Positions 28,537-39,345 of a stretch of 64,000 nt of DNA are shown piece after piece. Location of the stretch: contig OZ245046.1 of assembly GCA_965224245.1 (NCBI GenBank), positions 4,608,001 through 4,672,000 on the forward strand, in the 5' to 3' direction. The notes beneath the pieces are model-generated. The model saw only the letters and a list, made by a program, of their open reading frames with translations, did no database searches and was not told the DNA's origin. Both the position numbers and the translations under genes were made by a program. The stretch comes from Candidatus Eiseniibacteriota bacterium (GTDB lineage Bacteria > Eisenbacteria > RBG-16-71-46 > CAZAMP01). Numbering within the stretch: the stretch's first letter is position 1; each line of letters begins with the position of its first letter.

Positions 28537-30431
28537 CCCACCGATCCGGCCTCCATCCCCTCCGCCGCGCCCCGGCTCTCACGGCCGCTCTGGTCGGATG
28601 CGGTCTTCTCGCCGCGACGGCCGGCCGCGCCGCCGACAGCCAGCCGGCGGCGCCTCGCGCCGGCGACGTGGCGTCGCTCGGTGCCGGATACAAGGGGTGG
28701 GAGGTCGCGAGCCTCTCGATCGAGGGCGTGGACGACGCGCTCGTATCGGGCCTGAAGGACGGCCTCGCCTTCGAGGGTCGCGTGCGGTGGTTCCGGCGCC
28801 GGCGTCCCCCGCTCTCCCCGTCGCTCATCCGCGACGACATGGATCGCATCCAGCTGTTCATGGCGCGTCACGGCCATCCGTTCGCGGAGGTGACGCCCGG
28901 GTTCCACGAGCGCGACGGGGCGCGACGGGTCGACCTGACGTTCCGGGTCGACCCCGGGCCCGAGGTGACGGTCAGCGAGGTGGTGTTCGACGGCGTGCCC
29001 GACGCCCTCGCGGCCGACGTACGCGACGCGAACACCCTCCACGCCGGCATGCCGTTCGAGGACGCGGCCACCGCGGCCACCGCCGCCCGGCTCGCAGAGC
29101 TCCTCCGGAGCCGTGGCTACGCCGACGTCGGCGTCGACCCGGCGCTGGAGCGCACCGCGCCGTACGAGATCCGGCTGCGCTATCGCGTCGCCCCCGGACC
29201 GCGCTACACGATCACCGGCGTCGACGTACGTGGCGCCCCGGACGATCTCACCACGCTCTCGCACCGCGTCATCGGCATCCGGCCAGGCACGCTGTACTCG
29301 CCGAAGCTCCTGGCCGATGCCTCGGATCGCCTGCAGCGGCTCGGTCTCTTCCGCCGCGTGCGCCTCCGCACGGTGGCGCACGTCGATTCGAGCGGCGGTA
29401 GCCGCGGCCGTGGCGCGACCGGGACGCTCGACGTCATCGCCGAGCTGACCACGCGCGAGTATCGCACCTGGAAGGTCGCGCTCGGATACGTGACCGACGA
29501 GGGTCCTCGTGCCCGCGCGAGCTGGCAGCACCGGAACCTCCTCGGCGGGGGGCGCGCGTTCGCGATCACCGGCGGATACTCGTCGATCGAGCAGTCGATC
29601 GCCGCGTCCGTGCGACGGCCGGCGGCGTTCGGCCCTCGCACGAGCACGCGTGCGCGCATCGCATACCGCCGTGAGGACGAGGAGAGCTTCCGCGCGATCA
29701 CCGAGGAGCTGGAGGTCGGCCTGACCTACCAGCACAGCGCGATCACCGAGCTGGATCTCCGCGCACTGGCGTCACGCGTGGATCTGGACGCGCTGTCCGA
29801 GGAGATCGACTACGGGGGAACACCGGGCGTGCTGTCGGTGTTGTCCGCGAGTGCCCTGCGCAACACGGTGGGTGATCGCCTCTCGCCGAGCTCGGGCACC
29901 CGGCTGGGGATCACGGTCGACTGGACGCTTCCGGGTGCGCTGTCGGACAACCACTTCCTTCGCGTGGACGCGCTCGCGGTGGGGTACCTCGCCCTCGGCG
30001 AGTCGACGGTCCTGGTCGGTCGCGCCCGGAGCGGCCAGGCGTTTCTGCTCGGCGATGCGTCGTCGTTGATCCCGAGCTGGCGCTTCTTCGCCGGTGGTGC
30101 GCGCTCGATGCGCGGCTTCCGGCGGAACCGACTGGGGCCGCTCGACGCCGACAACGCGCCGCTCGGAGGCGAGGCCCTGGTGGAGCTGGGGGCCGAGGTG
30201 CGACGCACGCTGATCGGCCGGTTCGACGTCGCGGCGTTCATCGACGCGGGACAGGTGTTCTCGCCGCGCGACACGCAGACGCTGGGGGAGCTCGAGGCCG
30301 CCGTCGGTCCCGCACTGATCGTGCGCACGCCCATCGGCCCCGCGCGCCTGGACGTCGGCTTTCGACTCACCGACGTGGTGCCCGATCAGCCCGAGTCGGC
30401 CATTCACGTGTCCATCGGTCATCCGTTCTAG
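28533..30431 (+). CDS. tamA: BamA/TamA family outer-membrane protein
   Basis: POTRA-like repeats, HRNLLGGG, RFFAGGARSMRGF, TPIGPARLDVG, C-terminal GHPF. Confidence 0.88.
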   Translation: MTHRSGLHPLRRAPALTAALVGCGLLAATAGRAADSQPAAPRAGDVASLGAGYKGWEVASLSIEGVDDALVSGLKDGLAFEGRVRWFRRRRPPLSPSLIRDDMDRIQLFMARHGHPFAEVTPGFHERDGARRVDLTFRVDPGPEVTVSEVVFDGVPDALAADVRDANTLHAGMPFEDAATAATAARLAELLRSRGYADVGVDPALERTAPYEIRLRYRVAPGPRYTITGVDVRGAPDDLTTLSHRVIGIRPGTLYSPKLLADASDRLQRLGLFRRVRLRTVAHVDSSGGSRGRGATGTLDVIAELTTREYRTWKVALGYVTDEGPRARASWQHRNLLGGGRAFAITGGYSSIEQSIAASVRRPAAFGPRTSTRARIAYRREDEESFRAITEELEVGLTYQHSAITELDLRALASRVDLDALSEEIDYGGTPGVLSVLSASALRNTVGDRLSPSSGTRLGITVDWTLPGALSDNHFLRVDALAVGYLALGESTVLVGRARSGQAFLLGDASSLIPSWRFFAGGARSMRGFRRNRLGPLDADNAPLGGEALVELGAEVRRTLIGRFDVAAFIDAGQVFSPRDTQTLGELEAAVGPALIVRTPIGPARLDVGFRLTDVVPDQPESAIHVSIGHPF

Positions 30432-30442
30432 GAAACACCGCC

Positions 30443-33400
30443 ATGACGAACGAGCCCGCCAGCGCACCGCCCGATCCTCCGGGGCCACCGGCGTCCCCGT
30501 CGACGTCACCGCCGCGACGGCGTCGCTGGATCCGGCGGATCGCGGGAACGATCGGGCTGCTGCTCGCGTTCGTGGTGCTGATGGTGCTGGTGTTCACGCT
30601 CGTTCCGGCTCCCAGGGAGCATCTGCTGCGAACGGCGCTCGCTCGCGTCGGCTCGGACTTGCCGGGACGGCTCGTCATCTCGCAGACCGAGTGGCCCGCG
30701 CTGGGCCGCATCTCGGTAGCCGGCCTGGTGTGGACCGAGGCGGGCGACACGCTGGCCGCCGCCGACTCGATCCAGGTCGCCGTGTCGCTCGGCGCCCTGG
30801 CGCGACGGGACGCCATCGTCGAGCGGCTGATGATGCGCGGCCTCACGCTGGACGTTCCCGCCATCCAGGGCCGGTTCGAGACGCCGCGCATCCGGGACAT
30901 CCCCGACGAGGTCCGCAACGCGCCGGAGGTTCCGTTCTTCAGATCGGGCTCGATCGCGGGGCTACCGTCGGTGGCCGTGCGCGGCATCGACCTCGACGTC
31001 AGACGCGTGCGTGCGTCCGAGAGCATGGTCGTGACCGACGCGCGCGCGATCGGACACGTGACCGCGCTGGCCGGCGTGGCGGCGAGTGCGACGCTCGGGC
31101 CGCTTCGCCTGCGCCTTCCCGCCGAAGACGCCGCGATCGAGGACGTGCGTCTCGACATCGACATCGCGACCGGCACCATCAGCGGCAGCGGACACGGGTT
31201 CGTGACGTCGACCTGGCCGTTCCGCTTCGACGCTACCACCAACACGAGCGGGCACGTCACGCTGCTGCTCTACGAGGACGGAGGCGAACCACCTCCGGCG
31301 GGCTTCGGCGTCCGCCTCGACGGCACACTCGGGGTCGCCGACGACCGGCTCGAAACGGCGTCGTTCACGACGACGATCGTAACGCCGGCACCGGACCGGA
31401 TGGCGCGAGACCCCCGCATCGCGCTGCCCCCCGCGCTGGGAGACGTGGGATCGGTCGCGATCTCGATCACCACCGAGATCGATCTCCGGAACGGGCTGCG
31501 TGCCGACGCCACGGGACGTTTCACCCCCAACGCCTGGCTCGAGGCCGGCGACTTCGTGGTGTCGCGGCGCCCGAACGGCGACCTCGACGCGTCGCTGGAC
31601 GTCACGCTCGACCAGCTGCATCTCGCGCTCTCGCATCGCGCGGTCGCCGGGGCCGATCCCGTGTCGACCCTGGACGCCCGCGTGCGCGGACTCGGGTTCC
31701 TCGACGCTCTCCTCTCGTCCGACGTCCTCTCCGGAAAAGAGCGGCCCGACTCGATCGACGTCGCCACCCACCTGTCGGTGACGGGACCTCCGACCGATCC
31801 GGAGGTCTCGCTCCGCACACGGCTGGCCGGACGCCACGCCGGGGTCGTCCTGGACTCGGCCGCCGTGCGGGTGGACCGGCGCCGCGGAGCGGACTGGTGG
31901 TCGCTCGCGCTCGTGGCCGATGCCATGGGTCTCAGAGCCGACGTCCTCGCGGACGTCGCGCCCCCGGCGGCGCTGATGGCGAGCGTCTCGGGGTCCGGCT
32001 CGGGGACCGGCACCGGCGCACCCGGATCGCGCACGAACGCGCTCGACGCGAACACGTCGTCTCCGGCGTCGGCAGCACCTCCCACCCGATCCCCGCCCTC
32101 CGGCGACCTCGCCACCGATGCCGGCGCATGGCGCGTGAAGCTCGCGCCGGTCCGGATCCTCGACCTCGAGGTCCGGGGCCGGCACCGGATCCCGATCCCG
32201 GATCGCCGGCGCGGACTGCCGCCCGATCCCAACCTCACGGCCCTGCCCGATCCCCTGACCATCGATGCCCGGGGCGTCGAGCTCGTGGGCGACCTCGGCG
32301 ACGTCACCCTCACCACGTCGCTCACCGCCGCACGCGGCGGCGAGACGACGCTGGAGATGCGCTGGCCGGCGCCGCCGAGCCGGGTCACGCCGCCGTGGCC
32401 GGCGGATCGCGCGATGGACGATCCGGTGTGGGCCGCGTGGCAGTCGCCTCCGACGCCGGGAATCAGGGTCACGGCGCGACTCGACTCGCTGACCCCGGAC
32501 GCGACGTTCGACGTGACGGGAACCGCGATCCTGCCCGGCCCGCGCACGTGGGCCTCTCGTCTGCCGGAGAACGCGGCGGTCCTCGATCTGGGCGAGGTGC
32601 GCGCGCGCTTCGACGCGCACGGCTCGGCATCGGACCTGGTCGCGCGAATCGACCTCTCCGAGACCGCGTGGATCGATACGCTCTTCGCCGATCTCCGCCG
32701 CCAGGACGACCGCGCGGTCCTCGACACGCTGGGGCTCGTCGTCGACGACGTCGCGCTCGGCGCCCGGGGGTCGGTCGTCGGCGAGATCGTGGACGCGACC
32801 GCGCGGCTGGATCTCGGCGGGCTCTCGCTGGTACGCCGCCTGGCGCCGGGTCTGCCGGACTCCCTTCACGTCACCGCGCGGAGCGACGTGGCGGTGAGCG
32901 GGCCATCGTCGGCGGCCCGTGTGGTCGCAAGCACGCGCGGCAGCGTCCTCGCCGGTCCGCTCCGCGCGCCGGCGCTCACGAGCGACGTCACGATCGAGGG
33001 CGGCCGACTCCGGACCGCGTTGGTGGTCACCGACACCGTGACGTCGATCGGCGACGTCACCGTGGATCGGTTCCGGGCGGCGTACGCCCCGACGCCGGGA
33101 GCGACGTCACCGACGTCCGGCCGGCTTCGCGTCGACGCCAGCGGGCCCGGCGTGTCGGTGACGCACCAGGCCCACATCGACGCGGCCGACACGATCACGA
33201 TCGACGCGGACACGCTCGTGGTCGTGGTCGGCGAGCGCGATCTTCGCGCACGCCGACCGTTCGCGATCCGCGTGAGCCCCGAGGCCGGCATTCTCGAGGT
33301 CGACTCCCTGAGCCTCGAGGGGTCGATGGGCACGATCCGGGCAAACGGTCGCTCGGCGCCCGACTCCACCACGCTGACCGCCCGCGTCGACGTGCGGGTT

Positions 33401-35260
33401 CCGGATCGTCCCGAGTGGATCGACGTCCCGGACGGGCTCTGGCCCGGCGGCCTCACGATCACACTCGACGCCCTGGCGGACGGGCTCCTGGCGCTGCGCG
33501 CGAGCCTGACCGGGCTGGCGATCGGGCGCGCCACGCCGCTGGCCCTCTCGGCCGATCTTCGCAACGAGCGCGGAGCGTTCACGGCGGCACTCACCGTCAG
33601 CGACGAATCGACGTCGACCGAGCTCGCCGGCCTGGACGCCTCGATCCCGGCCTCGTTCACGCGCTTCCCGGCCGCGTTCCGCGCCGTGCCCGAGTCGCTG
33701 TCGATCGCGGCGCGGTGGTCCGACTTTCCGCTGCCGATCACGGGCGATCCCGAGCGGCTTCGAGCCGGCTATCTGTCCGGTGCCAGCACCGGCGTGATCC
33801 CGACCGCGACCGGAACGCTCCAGACGATGGACCTCGGCGACACGCCGGAGCTCCGCTTCGACACCACGATCCGGTTCCCCGAGCGAACCGAGCTGGCGCC
33901 CTACACGTTCGTGGCCAGCGCGCGGGTCCTCGGACGTCGCGGCGGGCAGACGATTCCGCTTCGCACGTCGGTGGAGAGCAAGCTCACGCGGGGCGACGCG
34001 ACCGTGTTCGATCTGACGACACGCGTCCAGCACCGTCTGGTCCTCGATGACGCGCGAGGTCCCCGTCCCGTCATCGCCGACTCCGACTCGATCCTCGTGC
34101 ACGTCGTATCCAGCGGCATCCGGCTCTCCGAGCTGGACGCGTTCCTTCCCGACGCCTACGCCCTGGACGGCGCGTTCACGTTCGATCTCGACGTGAACGG
34201 CACCTTCGCGAGGCCCACGTTCGACGGACACTTCGACACCAAGGCGCTGAGCGTGAGACTCCCCGACGGCACGTATGCCACCGTCGTCGGCTCGGCCCGG
34301 CTGACCGGCACCGGGATGGCGCCCCGCCTCGTGGGCTCGCTCGAGGTGAGCAACGCCGTCATCAACATCCCCGCGGAGCAGAGGACCCTTCTGCCCAAGG
34401 ACGGCACCGCGATGCTCTGGGACGAGCAGGCCTTCCGCCTGGCGTTTCACAAGGGACCCGTGGCGACCGCCGGGTTCGGGAACGTCGGTCCAGAGCCCCG
34501 GCGGCTCCCGTCCCCGACGCGCTCACCGCTCGAGCTCCTGCCGAAGGACACGGTCGTGGACGTGGGGGTGCGCTTCCCCGGGCGATTCTGGCTGCGCGGT
34601 CGGGGACTCGACGTCGAGCTGGCGGGAGCGCTTCAGCTCGCGCTCCAGGAGGGCGTGCCCACGGTCGTGGGTGAGCTCGGTCCCACCGGGGGCGTTCTCG
34701 TGGTGCTGGGTCGGACGTTCCAGGTACAGGAAGGCCGCGTGGTGTTCTATGGACAGGACGAGTTCGATCCGACGCTGGACCTGTCGATGACGTCCACGCT
34801 CGACGACGTCGTGGTGACGGTGCACATGGGCGGCACGGTGCTGGAGCCGTCGCTCGAGCTGAGCTCGGTGCCCGAGATGGAGGAGGGCGACATCATGTCG
34901 CTGCTCCTGTTCGGAAAGCGCATCGACGATCTCGACACGGGCCAGACCGCACTCCTGGAGTCACGCGCGCTCGACCTGGCCCAGACGTTCGCGGCGGCGC
35001 AGGTGGAGCGCGCGATCACGCGTGAGCTCGGCGTGGACCTGGTGCGGGTTCGGCAGAGCGAGGACAGCGGCTCCGCGTCGCTGGTCATCGGCAAGTACCT
35101 GAGCCCGAAGGCGCTCCTCAAGTACGAGCAGGAGATCCTGGAGGGACAGGGCGCGTCGTTGACGCTGGAGTATCAGCTCGCGCGGCGGCTGAAGCTGGCG
35201 ACCTTCCTGAGCCGCTACTTCACGTCGGGCGCCGAGGTGCAGTGGTCGGTCGACTACTGA
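30443..35260 (+). CDS. tamB: Translocation/assembly module TamB
   Basis: N-terminal TM; long beta-rich body; C-terminal DUF490-like LRGRGLDVEL...LSSVP...IMSLLLFGK...IGKYLS. Follows tamA. Confidence 0.88.
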   Translation: MTNEPASAPPDPPGPPASPSTSPPRRRRWIRRIAGTIGLLLAFVVLMVLVFTLVPAPREHLLRTALARVGSDLPGRLVISQTEWPALGRISVAGLVWTEAGDTLAAADSIQVAVSLGALARRDAIVERLMMRGLTLDVPAIQGRFETPRIRDIPDEVRNAPEVPFFRSGSIAGLPSVAVRGIDLDVRRVRASESMVVTDARAIGHVTALAGVAASATLGPLRLRLPAEDAAIEDVRLDIDIATGTISGSGHGFVTSTWPFRFDATTNTSGHVTLLLYEDGGEPPPAGFGVRLDGTLGVADDRLETASFTTTIVTPAPDRMARDPRIALPPALGDVGSVAISITTEIDLRNGLRADATGRFTPNAWLEAGDFVVSRRPNGDLDASLDVTLDQLHLALSHRAVAGADPVSTLDARVRGLGFLDALLSSDVLSGKERPDSIDVATHLSVTGPPTDPEVSLRTRLAGRHAGVVLDSAAVRVDRRRGADWWSLALVADAMGLRADVLADVAPPAALMASVSGSGSGTGTGAPGSRTNALDANTSSPASAAPPTRSPPSGDLATDAGAWRVKLAPVRILDLEVRGRHRIPIPDRRRGLPPDPNLTALPDPLTIDARGVELVGDLGDVTLTTSLTAARGGETTLEMRWPAPPSRVTPPWPADRAMDDPVWAAWQSPPTPGIRVTARLDSLTPDATFDVTGTAILPGPRTWASRLPENAAVLDLGEVRARFDAHGSASDLVARIDLSETAWIDTLFADLRRQDDRAVLDTLGLVVDDVALGARGSVVGEIVDATARLDLGGLSLVRRLAPGLPDSLHVTARSDVAVSGPSSAARVVASTRGSVLAGPLRAPALTSDVTIEGGRLRTALVVTDTVTSIGDVTVDRFRAAYAPTPGATSPTSGRLRVDASGPGVSVTHQAHIDAADTITIDADTLVVVVGERDLRARRPFAIRVSPEAGILEVDSLSLEGSMGTIRANGRSAPDSTTLTARVDVRVPDRPEWIDVPDGLWPGGLTITLDALADGLLALRASLTGLAIGRATPLALSADLRNERGAFTAALTVSDESTSTELAGLDASIPASFTRFPAAFRAVPESLSIAARWSDFPLPITGDPERLRAGYLSGASTGVIPTATGTLQTMDLGDTPELRFDTTIRFPERTELAPYTFVASARVLGRRGGQTIPLRTSVESKLTRGDATVFDLTTRVQHRLVLDDARGPRPVIADSDSILVHVVSSGIRLSELDAFLPDAYALDGAFTFDLDVNGTFARPTFDGHFDTKALSVRLPDGTYATVVGSARLTGTGMAPRLVGSLEVSNAVINIPAEQRTLLPKDGTAMLWDEQAFRLAFHKGPVATAGFGNVGPEPRRLPSPTRSPLELLPKDTVVDVGVRFPGRFWLRGRGLDVELAGALQLALQEGVPTVVGELGPTGGVLVVLGRTFQVQEGRVVFYGQDEFDPTLDLSMTSTLDDVVVTVHMGGTVLEPSLELSSVPEMEEGDIMSLLLFGKRIDDLDTGQTALLESRALDLAQTFAAAQVERAITRELGVDLVRVRQSEDSGSASLVIGKYLSPKALLKYEQEILEGQGASLTLEYQLARRLKLATFLSRYFTSGAEVQWSVDY

Positions 35261-35270
35261 CCCGGCGCGA

Positions 35271-37889
35271 TCAGAACTCGAAGCGAAGGTGCTCGTCGTG
35301 GCCCGCGGCGATCGTGATGGTCCGGATGTCCGGCGTTCCGAGGCGGCCGCCGCGGCTGACGCTGACGACGTGCGTGCCGCAGGGCAGCTCCACGTCGCGC
35401 TGCGGGGTCCGAAGCGCCAGTCCGTCCCGCGTGAGCTCCTCGCCGTCGACCAGGATCAGATCGTTGCCTCCGGACGTGATCGTGATCCGGCCGATGCACC
35501 CGGCGTCGGCGGCGCGTGCATCGTCGGCCGCGCCCGGGTCGATCGTCGCCGCGCCCGGGTCGATCGTCGCAGTGCGCGGGTCGATCGTCGCAGTGCCCGC
35601 GTCACCCCGTGTCGCGTCACCCGCGTCTCCCGGCTCGGACGAACCCGGGTCGTCCGGATCGTCGCGACCGCCGCGAGCGAGCCCGCTTCGATCGCGCTGG
35701 ACGAGCTCGACGTGCTCGGTGTGGACGTCGCCGCGTCGCAGGCGGACCGATTGGGTGTCGGGGACGTACCCCTCGAGGCTGACGCGGATCTCGACCGTCC
35801 CGGACCCCTCGTCGTCCAGCGGAACGTTCGCGTCGCGGACGGGAAGACGCCCCACGTCCTCGCCGTCGACCGACACGAGCGCGCCCGCCGGGCTCCCCTC
35901 GACGGTCAGCGACGCGCCTTCACGCGACAGAACGAGGGGCGGGACGTCGACCGACGCGCCGCGACCGACCTCGACCTCGCGCTCGGTGGTCGCATATCCC
36001 TCCCGGGTCGCGCGGATGGTGTACCGCCCGGTCTTCAGGGTCACGAACGGCGAGGCGGACGAGAGCACGACGTCGGTCTCGACGACGACGACCGTGGCGT
36101 CGGGCGGGTTCAGCTCGGTCAGATGCAGGGTCCCCTTCGCGAAGCCGAAGCTCACGATCGCGTATCCGATCAGCACGAGCACCGCCAGGGCCAGGAACCC
36201 GATCACGACCTTGCGGCCGGAGGCGCCCCCGCCGGCGTCGGGGGCGGCCGGGGTCGGGCTCGGGCTCGCGCTCGGGCGCCGGGGAGGTGACGGCTCCGGT
36301 TTGCGCGGGGGCTCGGAGGCGTCGTCCCTCGGGGGAGGTTTGGACGCCGCGCCACCCGCCGGCCCCTGCGGCGATCCCGTTTGCCCCAGTCGCGTGGCAT
36401 CGTCCGCCGAGGTGGGGCCGGTCGACGACCGGTGCGCCGGTGACGGATCCGACACGTCGCGCGGCGACGAGCCGGTGCGCGAGGGAACCGCACGCTGCGT
36501 GGCGTCGACGTCGTCCCCCGTCGGCGGAGGCGGAGCGGGCGGCGGTGAAGCGGGCGGCGACGGCGGCGGCGGCGGCGACTCCGGTGCGGTCGTTGCGCCC
36601 GAGATCGGACGCATCATGGTGGCGTCGTCGCCGGCCTCGTCGTGCGCGTCGCGACCGGGGGTCTCGCGGCCTCGTGCGATCACCGTCGCGTCATCCGCGG
36701 CATCTCCGACGGGTCGGGCGTCGGCCGGAGAAGGACCCGGGTGCCGTGCGGCCGCGGCGGTTCCGGACGCCTCGATGACGCGCGCCGCACCTTCGGTCAG
36801 CACGGCGCGCAGATCGTGCACGTTCTGTGACGCGAGGATTCGCACCAGCTCGGCCTTCATCTCCAACGCTTCGGGATGTCGCGGATTCAGCTGCAGCACG
36901 GTCGCCAGCACCTGGAGCGCGTCGCGGGCCTTCTGCTCCCCGAGCGCCAGCAGGTTGTGCGCGCGCAGGAGATTGCTCTGGACCTCCTTCTCCGAGAGCG
37001 CGTGGGCGACGCCGTCGGGGTCGGCCGCGAAGCGCGCGAGCAGCTGGCTTCGCCCCGCGATCGCGGCCTGCTCGACGTAGCGATCCAGCCACTGGTGCAC
37101 GGCGGCGGCGTCGCGCGGGCGCGCGTCGGGGTCCTTCGCGAGAAGCTGATGCACGAACTCCGAGAGCTCGCGGCTCACCAGCGGATTGCGTTCGTGGAGC
37201 GCCGCCGGCTGGTCGCGCAGGATCGCCGTTTGCACCGCGGGAACGGTGGATCCCGCGAACGGTCGCTCGCCGGCCAGAAGCTCGTAGGCCACGATGCCGA
37301 ACGCGAAGAGGTCGGCTCGCGGGTCCACGTGTCCGCCGGCGATCTGCTCGGGGGCCATGTAGGCCGGCGTACCCACGGACTGGTTGCCGGTCGACAGCGT
37401 GGACGACGCCTCGCGTGACCTGGCCAGCCCGAAGTCGGCGAGCTTGGCCACGCCCGCCGTGGAGAACATGATGTTGGACGGCTTGACGTCGCGGTGGAGA
37501 ACGCCCTCGGTGTGCGCCGACTCGAGCGCGTCCGCCACGTCGGCGAGCACGAGGAGCGCCACGTCGCGCGGGAGCGGCCGTACCGACTTCAGGACGTCCG
37601 CCAGCGTCGAGCCGTCCACGTACTCCATCGACAGGTACGGCGGATCGTGCTGCCGGGCGAACTCGATGACCTTGACGATGTGCGCGTTGTCGAGGACGGC
37701 GGCCGACCGGGCCTCGAGCTCGAAGCGGGCGAGAAAGTCGGTGTCGTCCGCGAGGTGCGGGTGGATCACTTTGATCGCGCGGCGCGCGCCGAGCGAGAGC
37801 TGCACGCCCTCGTAGACGGTACCCATCGCACCCGACGCGACACGGCGCTTGATGTCGTATCCGGGGATCGTCGGGAATGCTGCCGGCAC
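35271..37889 (-). CDS. Hanks-type Ser/Thr protein kinase with TM helix and extracytoplasmic PEGA-like domains
   Basis: SGAMGTVY, AIK, HRDVKPSN, DFGLA, GTPAYMAPE. Pro-rich linker, TM, then TREGY and SLEGY PEGA-like repeats. Confidence 0.93.
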   Translation of the reverse strand: MPAAFPTIPGYDIKRRVASGAMGTVYEGVQLSLGARRAIKVIHPHLADDTDFLARFELEARSAAVLDNAHIVKVIEFARQHDPPYLSMEYVDGSTLADVLKSVRPLPRDVALLVLADVADALESAHTEGVLHRDVKPSNIMFSTAGVAKLADFGLARSREASSTLSTGNQSVGTPAYMAPEQIAGGHVDPRADLFAFGIVAYELLAGERPFAGSTVPAVQTAILRDQPAALHERNPLVSRELSEFVHQLLAKDPDARPRDAAAVHQWLDRYVEQAAIAGRSQLLARFAADPDGVAHALSEKEVQSNLLRAHNLLALGEQKARDALQVLATVLQLNPRHPEALEMKAELVRILASQNVHDLRAVLTEGAARVIEASGTAAAARHPGPSPADARPVGDAADDATVIARGRETPGRDAHDEAGDDATMMRPISGATTAPESPPPPPSPPASPPPAPPPPTGDDVDATQRAVPSRTGSSPRDVSDPSPAHRSSTGPTSADDATRLGQTGSPQGPAGGAASKPPPRDDASEPPRKPEPSPPRRPSASPSPTPAAPDAGGGASGRKVVIGFLALAVLVLIGYAIVSFGFAKGTLHLTELNPPDATVVVVETDVVLSSASPFVTLKTGRYTIRATREGYATTEREVEVGRGASVDVPPLVLSREGASLTVEGSPAGALVSVDGEDVGRLPVRDANVPLDDEGSGTVEIRVSLEGYVPDTQSVRLRRGDVHTEHVELVQRDRSGLARGGRDDPDDPGSSEPGDAGDATRGDAGTATIDPRTATIDPGAATIDPGAADDARAADAGCIGRITITSGGNDLILVDGEELTRDGLALRTPQRDVELPCGTHVVSVSRGGRLGTPDIRTITIAAGHDEHLRFEF
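35530..35592. repeat. Three 21-bp tandem repeats within the kinase C-terminal region
   Basis: G(C/T)GC(C/G)CGGGTCGATCGTCGC(C/A) x3, encoding ATIDP heptads. Confidence 0.8.
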
Positions 37890-38243
37890 GGTATGCGTCC
37901 TCGTGGGGGATCGACCGCGGGCAGACTAGCAGAGCGCCGGCGACGGCGCCACGCGCGTCGGACACCCGGGCCGCGCGTTGCGGATGTCATTGGTAGGCGC
38001 GCGGATACGGTGGGGTGGAGGACCAGGGCTCTTCGAGTTTATCAGTCGTTTTTTAAACGTCTCGATACGCACTTTCGTGCTTCCGCTTCGGCCGGGCCTC
38101 GATGGCCCGCCGCTCGGGCGTGGTGGAAGTGCGCGGGGTCGGTCCGCGTCATGAGGATCACGCCTTTCGCCGCCGTCGGCCGGTGAACTAGACTCGGACG
38201 CGGTTCGAGACCGGCTTCCCCCTCAGCAAGCGATGGATCGGTA

Positions 38244-39191
38244 GTGGTAGAGCAGGCCCTTCCCACGTCGGGATCCCAGCCCGACCCCGATTTCGACACG
38301 CTCCTGACCCGGGCCAAGGCGGGGGATCGGACGGCATGCGACCGCCTCCTGCGCTCGGTCGAACGCGACATGCGGGCCCGGATCGGCGCCCGCATCCAGG
38401 GACGCTCGGACATCGATCGGGACGAGGTCCTCCTCGACGCCCAGGTCTACCTGTTCGAGAAGATCGGCGTGTTCGACCCCGCGATGGGCACGTTCCGCGC
38501 CTTCGCGCTGGGACTCACGAACACGATCATCCGCCGCCTCTGGGACGGCAAGCCCATCGAGAGCCCCGTCTTCCGGACGAAGGACGGCGAGCTCGACGTC
38601 CTCACCGAGCCCGATCCGGGGATGCTCGAGGGACTCGACGAACGCCTGCGATCGGTCGTGGGGGCCGATCACGTCGTCCACGCCGGCGCCCGCGCGACGC
38701 CGGGCGACGTCTTCCTGGAGACGCTGGCGCTGTTCTTCTCCGAGGGCGGCTACCCGCACCAGCAGATCGCGTTCGCGTTCAGTCAGCTCATCTGGGGTCA
38801 ACGCAAGACCGAGCTGAAGGGGGCCAAGACGTCGCGGACGCCTCTCTGGGGGGCGGCGGACCGGGTCGTCAAGGAGGTGTCGGACTGGGCGCTCGAGAAC
38901 GCCAGGGGGGACTTCATCGACGAGCTCGAGGAGACGCTGGGGCTCGACCACGACTTCCTGGACCGGATGTCCGAGCCGATGCGCCGTCGGCTCGAGCTCC
39001 TTGGCCGGGTCCTCTTCGAGAAGGACGCCACCTCGCGCGAGCTGTTCAGGACGCTTCTCGACCGGAGGATCGGCGAGACCCGGCTCTCGGACTACTACGG
39101 CGACGAGCCGACGAAGTCCGTCGCCAACTGGACCCGGCTGGTCAAGAACAAGATTACCAAGGCGTTGGAACGGCAGGAGATCGCCTCTTGA
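38244..39191 (+). CDS. Atypical ECF-like RNA polymerase sigma factor
   Basis: Region 2-like LLTRAKAGDRTACDRL...DRDEVLLDA...FDPAMGTFRAFALGLTN. Sits directly upstream of a zf-HC2 protein. Confidence 0.6.
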   Translation: MVEQALPTSGSQPDPDFDTLLTRAKAGDRTACDRLLRSVERDMRARIGARIQGRSDIDRDEVLLDAQVYLFEKIGVFDPAMGTFRAFALGLTNTIIRRLWDGKPIESPVFRTKDGELDVLTEPDPGMLEGLDERLRSVVGADHVVHAGARATPGDVFLETLALFFSEGGYPHQQIAFAFSQLIWGQRKTELKGAKTSRTPLWGAADRVVKEVSDWALENARGDFIDELEETLGLDHDFLDRMSEPMRRRLELLGRVLFEKDATSRELFRTLLDRRIGETRLSDYYGDEPTKSVANWTRLVKNKITKALERQEIAS

Positions 39192-39345
39192 GCGACCCGG
39201 GATGCCAGACCGGCCGGAAAACGGCCCGACCCCGCCAGAACTCGACGGCGGCGTCGGTAGTCGTCGCGAGTTCAGGAGCCCGCCCGGGCTTCATGGTCAC
39301 GATGACGCCCCCGGCCCGCCGGGGCTCCGATCCAGGACTTTCGCC

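Noticed and set aside
30691-34050. 1119-aa alternative-frame ORF in tamB
   Set aside because: Arg-rich off-frame shadow.
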